DNA from: Saccostrea echinata | Lineage: Eukaryota | DNA: 64,000 bases | Reading direction: 5' to 3' | NCBI RefSeq assembly: GCF_033153115.1 | Contig: NW_026889771.1 | Span: 8,122,001 to 8,186,000, forward strand | In this document: piece by piece, positions 25,801 through 46,477 of the stretch | Numbering within the stretch: position 1 is the first letter of the stretch | Layout: each line of letters begins with the position of its first letter | Position numbers and translations under genes: made by a program | Notes under the pieces: generated by a model | Databases searched by the model: none | Told to the model about the DNA's origin: nothing | What the model saw: only the letters and a program-made list of their open reading frames with translations

Positions 25801-28134
25801 GTGGGACTTCCAACTCAATTTGACATATCCATGTGTGTTGAGACATTGATGTTTAAGAAATTGATGTTTAACTGTACGTGTATGTACACAAACAACATAG
25901 TGGTTTGCGTGGTGCAGTGGTTAGAGCATTTGCTCTAGAGTCGTGATGTATGGAGTTGATCCTTATGTCGCAGGTTCGAATCCCACTCAGGATGTGAGAC
26001 CGGTGCTTCCGATAAGACTGTATAAAGCAAGGTCCTGTGTCGCAGTAGGTGCTGTCACAAAAAAGATCCCTTACTGCTCAATGGCCCTTAGTTCCCAGTG
26101 TAGGTCTAAAATTGTAGGCCTCCACCGGCAATTGGGGCATCTCCATATGAGTGAAATATTCTCAAGAGGGGCGTTAAACAACAAACAAACAAACAACTTA
26201 TATTCTCTCAACAGGGTTTTTGCCCCCAAATTTGGAGCCCTGATACTGTATATCAAAATATTTTATGTTTATAGTTTATTTTTGCAAGTCAATCTAGCCT
26301 TGCATTTTTTTTAAGGGGCGAGTATTAACTGTTCTATAAATATTTAGACAAAGAGTTTAATTTAGTTTCTCTGTCAAATCAGTACTATCTGTAATTTGAT
26401 CCAGTATCATTTTAAGTTCTTGATTACAAATTAGGATTGTATCTTTGTTTTATGTTGAAATGTATGTAAATTTGTTAAATTACTATTAAAGTAATGTATA
26501 TCTTGTTCTTTCAGATTTTTGAAAGAGGCCCTGGCTTGCTTTCTAGCCGGTACTTTAGGCATGCCTCTTGGAGTAATCCAGTTTTTACCGGTGTATCATC
26601 CTCTCCATGATAGTAACGAGATCCACACAGAGGTTTGTGTCTGGATCCAGATGGCTGTGTACGTCATGATTATGTGGGCTGGCGATCGAAAGGCAGCTGT
26701 CAAAAGGCATGAGCTGCAGGAAAAAGAGAAAAATAAACAGGAGAAGAGTAAGTGCATTGAGAAAAGTTTTACTTTTTAATTAAGTGTATAATTGAGTTGA
26801 CCTGGGTCAGTTATTTTAAGCTTGAAGAGGGTTAGTGACTTCTGTTTAGCACTGTTTTTGAAGCAGAAGAAAAAAATGAAAGCTTTATGAAAATGAAACC
26901 CCAATAAGACAAAACATTTAATGTTTTATCACAGTATTTTCAGTTAAAGGAACAGAAATACATGTATTGTGGTGTAAGATTCACAGCATACTACTAGCTT
27001 GGGCTAGTGGGTTAATCCTCTAGCTTGATCAGTAGAGCACTGGACTGGCATGCCAGAGGTCCTGGGTTCAAATCCATTTGGAGGCACAAACATGTCTTTG
27101 TTAAATTTGGCCCCCACATTGGGACCAGGTATCCTCTGGCGGGTGAAAGTGATTGACCCCAGAACTTCGCCCCACAGAGTGTAAACAGCATAGATCTGAG
27201 AGTCTGATTCTTATTAGATTGCACAAACACGTATCTCTGTTACAGATACTATTTGAATGATATGTGATATTGAAAAACTTCAGTGATCAGATGTACGAAG
27301 CACTTTGTAATGCTACAGGTATAAAATGTAATTTGACAGTTGTGTACACAATACAGTAATCAAATATATGTACATGTACTTACTGTAGATACAAACTTTC
27401 ATTTTCCAGGATCCTACTTTAATGAAGTTATCTTGGCTCTGGTCATCCACTACTCCATGTACATCTTCCTGGTGTTTACAGCCAAGCCAGAGAACCAGGT
27501 TTCGGTTGGCTTGCATGAAACCATTGGTTCATGTCAGGAAACCACCCCTGTATACACTGCCTTTGGTCATGTAAGCTTAACTTTGAATTTCAATATATGT
27601 AAACTAACTTCCATTGAAAATATGTGTACATGTATTTGAAGATAAACTCTGTTGGAGCTGGGAACATGAAAGGAATAATTTTTGACCATAGGATAGATCT
27701 AAAACAGTTTTTACTAAAATGCAAAATACTTTCCTTTCCCTGTGGATAACATTTTCATTGAATTTATTATCAATAAATTTGAGCTCCATGCTTTATAATG
27801 ACCAAATTTCTATATGCAGGTTTTGGAGAAGCATAAATACCTCTGTGTTGACAAGTACGATGAGGCCATTTTTGATTTCCATTGTACAAAGAAGCTACCC
27901 AAACCTGGGCAGAGCTGGTACACCATCTGTGGCACCAAGTTCCCTAACCATGTGGAATATATTGTCATCGTCTGCGGTGCCTGTTTATTTGGTATGGCCT
28001 ACTACTGGCAGCTTCTGGTGTGCTCTGGCTCACAGCCATCTGGTTCAAAATTATCCGGTTCACAATTATCTGGTTCACAATCTTCTGGCTCGCAATCATC
28101 AGGTCAAAAGAAGAAAAAGGTCAAACAGAATTAA
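19831..28134 (+). CDS. Uncharacterised multi-pass membrane protein (about 8-9 TM segments, probably ER-resident; DUF7802-like / distant CruF-like), 8 exons, 437 aa
   Basis: Exons: 19831-19854, 20103-20217, 23310-23477, 23588-23662, 25327-25549, 26515-26747, 27410-27570, 27820-28134. Introns are GT-AG, phases are consistent, and the total is 1314 nt. Motifs include GLTTEMVSYFLPDIDNFWHAQ..GQRLPLYI and LIDIPYDIMGIKLLWWTWHDTDPNIYDRHYWVPWTSYYFH. It ends SGSQ-repeat + KKKKVKQN. The 24-nt first exon (MLSLNDSN) is the least certain part. The family label is from memory, not from a search. Confidence 0.88.
21569..21765. other. Assembly gap
   Basis: Run of N. Confidence 1.
22230..22810. repeat. Diverged ~158-bp tandem repeat (about 3 units), probably Helentron-borne
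   Basis: GTGTTTCCATG(G)TTACTAAAATAGA recurs at ~22267, 22424 and 22583. Confidence 0.65.
23832..24846 (-). mobile_element. Helentron-like element carrying a ~146-bp tandem array (about 5.7 units)
   Basis: A terminal hairpin ATGCCCTGCCATGAATATGGCTGGGGCAT is followed by a CTGTC microsatellite. Marker CAAACTTCAT occurs at 23984, 24130, 24277, 24423, 24568 and 24675. A subterminal inverted repeat GGCGGGGCAT and a CTAGTT end are present. Confidence 0.75.
25113..25289. repeat. Long inverted repeat (~80-bp arms), probable MITE remnant
   Basis: TAAGAAATGAATTTAATTTTTGAGAACTCATGAGGTACATGAACTAC.. pairs with ..GTAGTTCATGTACCTCATGAATTCTTAAAAATTAAATTCATTTCTTA. Confidence 0.85.
25901..26197 (+). mobile_element. 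tRNA-derived SINE with Meta/Deu(Nin)-like central domain and (AAAC)n tail
   Basis: Box A is GTGGTGCAGTGG and box B is GGTTCGAATCC. The central GGTCCTGTGTCGCAGTAGGTG..AAAGATCCCTTACTGCTCAATGGCC resembles the Deu/Nin domain as I recall it. The 3' end is GGGGCGTTAAACAACAAACAAACAAACAAC. Confidence 0.8.
27008..27090 (+). mobile_element. Degenerate tRNA-derived SINE head
   Basis: It has TAGCTTGATCAGTAGAGCAC (box A-like) and GGGTTCAAATCC (box B) but no intact cloverleaf. Confidence 0.5.
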
Positions 28135-28299
28135 AAATTATGTTTAAATTACTTGTAAAACATGTGCTTAACATAAAATGGTAAAGCACATTACCATTCT
28201 TGGTACTTACTCTGTTATGGATAAATTTTTTGGTATGATTCTTGTTTGTTTGTTTGGTTTTTTTTTTTGATTTGCTGCTTGAAAGGTTATGTTTATATT

Positions 28300-28490
28300 A
28301 AATTATTTTATGCATTGAATACTTGCCTTTCCATTTAATCAGCTATATTGAATATAGATGATTTGAATGTTTTGTAAATTCTCATTTTGATTGAATTCCA
28401 GAATAAATAATTGAAATTATTTTTATGCATTGAATATTTGCCTTTCCATTCAATCAGCTGTATTGAATATAGATGAATTTGAATGTTTCA
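28300..28490. repeat. ~75-bp direct duplication (spacing ~114 bp) in the presumed 3' UTR of the membrane-protein gene
   Basis: AAATTATTTTTATGCATTGAATA.TTGCCTTTCCATT.AATCAGCT.TATTGAATATAGATGA occurs twice. Confidence 0.8.
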
Positions 28491-29164
28491 TAAAATAAAT
28501 TTCAGGCAAATATTGTACACACTTTATATGATACATTTACACTATTCATTGAAAAGAAATATTTTTCAGTTGCTTGTTATTTTGAATGGTGTACATAAAG
28601 TGGATTTCAGGCAAAAGATAACAAGCTCTATCATGTCCAGCTTGTAAAACCAACCCCTCAGAACCTTTGAAGTTATTTTTTCATGGTTATAGATTTAATG
28701 TACATGTATGTACATTTTGCAATTTTATCCAAATGTTGTTATCCAAATGTATCCAAATCATGTCTTGGGGAGTTTTTGTATGAGAAAATGGTGTTGTTTT
28801 AAAATCGGCTTAAAACTCTATGAAAGTGAAGTTGCTCTATGTTCACTTATCAATAAGTATGAATAAAAGAAACCTGAGTGATTGTTTAATCTTATTTGAT
28901 AAGTTATATGTGTTTGCAGTAAGTGCAATTTGTATGATGTTTTGAAATATACCCAAAACTGAAATTTTGTCACTACTAGTATGTCCTATTAATAAATTTT
29001 TTGGCATGTCTCAATAATGCATTTATGTTATCTGTGAATCTGTTGACAGACTTCATTGGGTTCAGTGCCACAAGTGTAACAGTTTCTGCTTCTCAATTTC
29101 TATTACAATGTATAACAAAAATTGAAAATAAAATTACATGAAAACTAAGGATGAACAAAGAAGA

Positions 29165-30464
29165 TTAATTAGGCCTCTTCCATGGACAAAAACTCTGATA
29201 CCACCCTTCCTCTGGGAGCCATGATCTAAAGTAACTTGAATCTACACAACCTGAGGATGCTTGGACATTAAGACAAATTATGGCCATGCTGTACTTCAGA
29301 AGATTTAAAGATTTTTTTTCTGTATAATACCATGTAAAACTTTGATCACATACATGTATTGGGCCTCTTCCTGTCCCCAGGGGCCATGATTTGATCATAG
29401 TTGAATCTACACTACCTGAGGATGTTTCCATAGTAATGTGAATAATCATTGCCCTGTGTTCATCATCAGATTTTGAAATATTTTTCCCTATATATTACCA
29501 TTTTGAACCTTTATCTCCTTGATTCTACATCATTTGTGAATGCTTCTATATGAATACAATTACTGTATACAGGGTTATTTTTGCACCATGTTATTTTCGC
29601 CCTTTCACACTTGCAACCAATTTTACACCATTTTAATTTCGTCAAGTCGCATTTCTGTTCTAGAATATATACTGTGTTCTTTGAATTCACCCAGTTTTAA
29701 ATCGCCCACCTGTGAGAAGGGGGAAAGGGGCGAAAATAAAATGGGTGCAAAATTTTCCCTGTATACAGTATTTATTGCTCTGTTGTTCTTCAGAGGAAGA
29801 TTCCAAAAGAATTTTTCCTATATTTTACCATGTTAAATATGCCCTTGCACCAAAGCTGTTCTTTGATATTGTTTATTTCTTCGAGTTGTGAAGGACAATA
29901 AACGTCATAAGATAATGTGTGTAGGCTTTAACATGTCATAGGTACTAACTATGTACAAGAAAGTGGTTGGTTTCCTATCATGGCCTCACCCTACCCTGGA
30001 TGGCAGTGAATTTAAAAACAAACTTGATTCTGGACTACCTGGCAATGCTTCCATATGAATTCACCTAATCATGGCTCTGCTGTTCTTCATGAGATTTTTA
30101 AGGACTTTTTTAAGGACTTTGATCCCCTATCTTGGCTCCACCCTAACCCTGGGGCAATGATTCGAACAAACTTGAATCTACTTGGGAACCTCTCATATAA
30201 GCTTTATCTTTTCTGGTTTAGTGGTTCTTGAGAAGACTTTTAAAAGATGTCACCAATTATGTCTTACTTATCTCCCTTTGAAAGAAAATATAGCTCTTCA
30301 TTTGAACAAACTTGAATCCCCACACACAAGGATGCTTTGTTGCAAATTTGGCTGAAATTGATCCAGTGGTTCTTAAGAAGAAGTTGAAAATGTTTAAAGA
30401 AGGATGGGTGGACAATCTGAAGCCAGAGAAAGCTCACGAGCTGTCAGCTCAGGTGAGCTAAAAA
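29165..30464 (+). mobile_element. Old degenerate Helentron/166-bp satellite element between the convergent 3' ends of the membrane-protein gene and HIF1AN
   Basis: Diverged monomers (AACTTGAATCTACAC..CCTGAGGATG) are present, and the 3' end is AAAGCTCACGAGCTGTCAGCTCAGGTGAGCTAAAA. The left boundary is approximate. Confidence 0.7.
29563..29768. mobile_element. Tc1/mariner-type MITE with TA TSD
   Basis: Ends are TA|CTGTATACAGGGTTATTTTTGCACC ... GGTGCAAAATTTTCCCTGTATACAG|TA. A truncated copy begins at ~20840. Confidence 0.8.
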
Positions 30465-31199
30465 CCTAGCATTGGCACAGATTCCTTTTACTCATGGATC
30501 ATGAGTTACATAGTTGAAATAAAAGACCATTAAACTTTCTGATTAAATTTATGTTCAGAAATGAAGACTACAGTGTATTTTGTATATTTGTATTGCATTT
30601 TCTAACATCTTGCACGAATTCATTCCACTGCATTAATTCAATTTAATACAGGTAATTTAGAAAATTACTACCAACATTCTAACAAGTAGCATATACCTGG
30701 TATATATTTTCTTTTATTCAAAGACACAGAAAAAATATAACAGTGTTCTTTTCCATAAATCAACAAGTGTTAAGCTTTCCAAGTTTGTAAAATAAGAAGT
30801 GATAATTGATGATCATCATATTTTATGGTAGTAAGCAACTGACTATGTTTCACAGGATTTCATTACATGTATTTTAAGATCTATCTTTACAAACAATTGA
30901 ATTATATGTACTTACATATATAGTGAACTGTGTTTTAGACTAACAAATTATATTAAATTAAGCAATGCCTTTAGTAAAAAAAAATCTGAGGAAAAAAAAA
31001 CACAAATGGAAAACAGGTACATGAATACATTAAATCATGTACTACAATTCAAAAGTTAACGTAGGTAATTTTAAAATTCAATAAACATTATCAGCTTCAA
31101 TTTATAAAAGTATTCTTTGTAGAACTTTATCGAACAGCATTTAAGAATGTGTCAGTCAAAACCTGTTTAAATTATTGCACTGACACCTATCTGTAGATA

Positions 31200-31378
31200 T
31201 ACAGTCAAACCCTGTTATCTACAACTCAATGGGTCCGAGAAAAAACTTTGAGATATCCAAGGATTTGAGATATCCAGGGTAAAATACTTAATGAATAAGG
31301 GGTTGGAACTTCCAAATCACTTCGACATATCCATGGTATTTGAGATATCAGTGTTCGAGATACTGAAGTTCAACTGTA
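31200..31378. mobile_element. pogo/mariner-like MITE (~175 bp)
   Basis: Ends are TA|CAGTCAAAC ... GTTCAACTG|TA. Homologous copies lie at 53374-53537 and, more degenerate, at ~25686-25876. Confidence 0.75.
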
Positions 31379-33055
31379 CAATTTTTAAAAATGTTTATGT
31401 AGGTACAACCCTCTGTTTCCAACAGTTACTCTAGTCAATTTATCATTAAAACTCAAACAACTGCAACAATTTTTTTTGTTTCAAATGAACTCTAGAATGC
31501 ACAGAATAAATCTGGTAGAAAATCTAACAAAATTGGATTTTGGGTTACATAAACTTGCAATAGAAAGGGGCATAACTCTTGTCATTATAGAAAATTTTGG
31601 TTAAAATCTAGATTTTTCAACTTTAAAGAAAGAGGAAGCAAATTAAACTGTGTATAATGACATTCATAAATGCATTGGATCCTTTTATAGCTAGCAAAAA
31701 GTTTATTACAAATGTGTAGGCCCATTTCAGATTGTATGTTGCATTTCCATGCCTCAGAATAAAATTTTAAGGTTATAGACATTATTAGTACATGGGTTAA
31801 ATTTTGTTTCTAAATCTTTATGTACAATTATTTTTATCATATTTAGTATTTATGAAGTAAATGAAATGATCAATGTATACAATCAAAATTTAAAGGAATT
31901 TATGTATTTTTATTCCTTTCTAAATGCTGTTTTCATTAGCTATCGAAAAATGCTACCATTTCCAAAGTACAGGTAACAAAAAAGTATAAAGTTAAATTAA
32001 AAGCAACCATTTCAAATTTTACATTTTCTTTGTGAAGTAATGATCTTCTACACTATAACAAAAACATTTAATCAATTAAGCTATCATGAAAAACAGGAAT
32101 TTTCTTTCGATTACTTCAGCAGAAAATGATGGATTTACAGAGTTACGCCCCTTTTAGTATTCCCAAAGGTAATTCTGCTTTTATTAGTTTTCTTAGATAC
32201 ACATTTTTTACTTCATATATTTTTAACATGTTATATTCTATTTATTATCAAAAGAATATTTTATTTTCTGTTGCAACGGTTTGATATTTGGTCTACATTT
32301 TTTGCTAAATTAAATGGACTAAATAGGTGCTTACTTGTAAAACGTTTAGAGCATACATTGGTGTACAAGGGTAATTATTTTAGCATTAGATAAGAAAATG
32401 AACTACATTGTACATGTACTCAAAACATTAGGTCATTTGAAGATAGTTAGTAATTTAAGTGACATTATTCATATTGGTACATACTAAATATCATGGTATA
32501 TACATGTACACTGTACATCAACATAATTATTTTCTGTCATCTTTTGTCTTAAGATATGTGTAAAACAAAATGGCAATAAATCATACAGCAAAACTATAAT
32601 GCACATATACATATACATTTAACTTTTTACATTTGGAAAATGAAAATATATCCAACATTGTTGGTTTCATAACACTTTCTTATCACAGTTCAAGCTAGTC
32701 TCTAACTCTCCTTATGCAGTTCAATAATCACCACACAGTATATTGTTTAATACTTCGTACAACAAATATGTACATGTCTTTTTCTTGTAACAAAATCTCA
32801 AAAGCTTATAAAAATACTTGTAAAAATAAGACATCAAAGACAATTATCTGTAACAAAAGGCACACAAAACCAGTGACTTTTGAAGCATAAATACTACCAT
32901 CTGAATAAGACATTTCTATACTTAACAAAATTTTCAATAATTGAATAATGTTTGAAATTGCAGAATGCATTTAAATATTCTTTCATACTTGAAATGAGAA
33001 GATAATTAAAAAAGAAGTACAATTGAGATTATAGAAAAATTGTCCTCTATTCTTT

Positions 33056-43863
<10,808 letters not shown>

Positions 43864-44394
43864 TTGGATTTTTCTCAATGACGCAAATCTCTAACTGAAT
43901 ACCGAGCCCGATTTTTTTTTACGTTTGAATGTAAACAGGTAAATGATGTACAAGGGACGTATATATATTTATACTAATTAATATACATCTTTGTTGATAC
44001 GTACGTAGGAGTGATCTTCTTCTTCTTCTTATTATTATTATTATTTGAACGTGTTCATTGTTCAAAAAGCACAAAGAGAGTTGTCAAAAACAAGATAGAT
44101 ACAATAGTAACATTGTTGCTGTAGCTTGGAATTTAAATTTCATTAATTTTCATAGCATAAAATAAGTTTATGATCAGGTACGTAGTATCACCCCCCTCCC
44201 CCCACTTTGTTTCCAAACGTAAGCTTTTACTAAAGTTTACCCCCCCCCTTTCTCCATGAAATAGGATTTTGGAGTTTGGAGATTTCTTTCTTTTTTTTTT
44301 TTTTTGCTTGTCAAAGTATTTCAGGTTATCGAGAATTTTTTCCCCTGGCTGCTCCCCCTTTTTTCATAAACCATACTACGTGCCTGATGACGAT

Positions 44395-44469
44395 CATCTT
44401 CGGTATCCAAAGGTTTCCGATCCGAAATCTAGTAGATTTCGGATCGGAAACCCTTGGCTAGCGAAGATG
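44395..44469. mobile_element. 75-bp hairpin MITE with 3-bp TSD (Academ-like)
   Basis: The sequence is CATCTTCGGTATCCAAAGGTTTCCGATCCGAAATCTA-G-TAGATTTCGGATCGGAAACCCTTGGCTAGCGAAGATG, flanked by GAT on both sides. Confidence 0.75.
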
Positions 44470-45961
44470 GATGATGATTTGTCATTATGACAAACTAATA
44501 TTATATCAAAAGAAAATTCAGTTAAATAAGGCAACTATATATCGGACTATACTCTATATTTGGGATAATGTCTCATAAATAGTGCACGAAATACTAGACA
44601 CTTTTATTCATTATAAAGTAAAAAAGCGCATGCGATTCATAACCATAATGTTAACCGGAGCCCATTATTAAAATCTTTAAGAATTCGGATCTTCATATAC
44701 CATGTATATCCTTTTAATGGATTTCTGGGTTGAGCGACATGTAGGCATATAAGCCTAAATAAAAAAGAAATCTTTGATGTCCTTCGATCTAGACATGAAT
44801 GGTTCAGGTGGATCAGTTGTTTTCTTTATTAGTTTGTCCTTGTTCAAATTGTTTTTTGTTTTTTAAATTAGCTTATCCCCCGCCCATCCCAACTTGAACC
44901 TCGTTCCCCAAACCGCATGGCTGTAGGAACGGGGGAGGGGCATTAATTTTGCCGATATATAGAATACCATAGAAAACATAGCTATTATATGCTTGTGCCC
45001 CCTCAATAATAACGGCTGATGCCCCCCTTTTTTTTTTTGCTTGTCAAGAAATTTTGGTTGTTGATAGTGCCCCCCCCCCCAACTGAAAATGTATGTCTGT
45101 GCCCCCTCAAAGTGAAATTGCTTCCTACGGGCCCGAACCGTAAGAATAATTCCTCGACCCACCGTTTGGATTTAGTAGTTTAACCGGAGATAATCTCTCT
45201 GATACGTATAACTATTTCAAGTTAAAAATTGACAAATATAATACATGTACATATTGGAGAACTACCCCCCCCCCCCCCCGGCCACCACCACCATGCACCA
45301 TTACAGTATCCCCAAGTTCTTCGGTTATGTATCGCTCACAAGATGCGGTGTTTAAACGTGACTGAATATGAGGCACGTATAGCAGAATTTTGAAGAAAAA
45401 AAAAACAACAATGTCGATGTATATATAGCACTATTTTTACGCTCACTCTCTCTCATTTTTTTCTCAATAACATGACTGTACTTATTCATCTGATGAGGCA
45501 GTTGGCTTATGGAAAATAGGTCTAAAGAAAGAAAAGAAAAGGCAGATAGATCTCTTCGGATTTGGGTTCTGTACGATATTCCAAAGGACAATGCCCCATT
45601 CAACTAACAAGTCAGTGTCGGTCTCACCCGCGGGGAAAAAACCTCTCATGTGGATTTTGAGAAAATTAACAGATAAATAGTTGTATATTTAGAAGTGTAA
45701 GTCAGTTTTAGTCGGTAACTGCATGTATTTCGACGAAAATACCTAAAATACAAACTTCTTTTTTCAACAAGATATCAACAAAATTTCAAAATTTAAAAAG
45801 ATAAAATAATGAAAAAGATAAAAATTAGATGAGAAGAAAAAAAGGAAAAAAGTCAATTTTCGAGCAATATTTGTTTTACAAATTCATAAATTAGTCACAA
45901 ACATATCTGATTGAAAATGTGTTCTCACATTATTAAGGCCAGCTGAAGAATTACACTAAAC

Positions 45962-45994
45962 CAGGGACCTATGTACTAAGTATATAGGTCCCTG
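45962..45994. mobile_element. 33-bp palindromic micro-MITE with 7-bp TSD (P-element-like)
   Basis: ACTAAAC|CAGGGACCTATGTACT-A-AGTATATAGGTCCCTG|ACTAAAC. Confidence 0.7.
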
Positions 45995-46477
45995 ACTAAA
46001 CTCATAAAATTTTACAAAAATCATTTCAGCATTAAGTTAACATTTAGCAGCAGAATTTGTATGTAAAATTAATGTAATCGTCTAATTTTATCAAACAAAG
46101 AATGCTTTGCCCAATAATTTATTGCTTGGAATATAACTAATAGTGTTAAATTGCTTGCTTTAACAAAGCGTAAGGCCACCCACTAGACTAGGCTCAATCT
46201 GACCTATTTCTTCTACCGTAACACGTAAATCCCTCCGCTTTCATACAACATATTACTCCGCGTGCACCTTATCTGACACCGGCGATAGATCGGGGTCGGA
46301 AAGAAGCCAAAAAAGTATACGTGAAGTGATGTTGTGGATATGTAGGTTGTTTTTGAACTTTTAATATGCTGATATGTTGGATTATGTACAAAGTGGGTCT
46401 TAGTTTGGGCTTAATTTAATTTCTCACCTGGTCGTTTGATCAGGTGTGCAAGATCGTTTTCGAAAACGTAAACAAAC

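Noticed and set aside
25943-26314. 123-aa ORF
   Set aside because: It lies over a tRNA-derived SINE inside an intron and has no protein-like features.
27719-28147. 142-aa overlapping ORF
   Set aside because: It is an alternative frame over the true last exon (27820-28134) with no independent support.
44384-44450. Possible hammerhead ribozyme (CTGATGA...GAAA)
   Set aside because: The GAAA motifs are locked in the long MITE hairpin, and I could not build stems I-III with a cleavage triplet.
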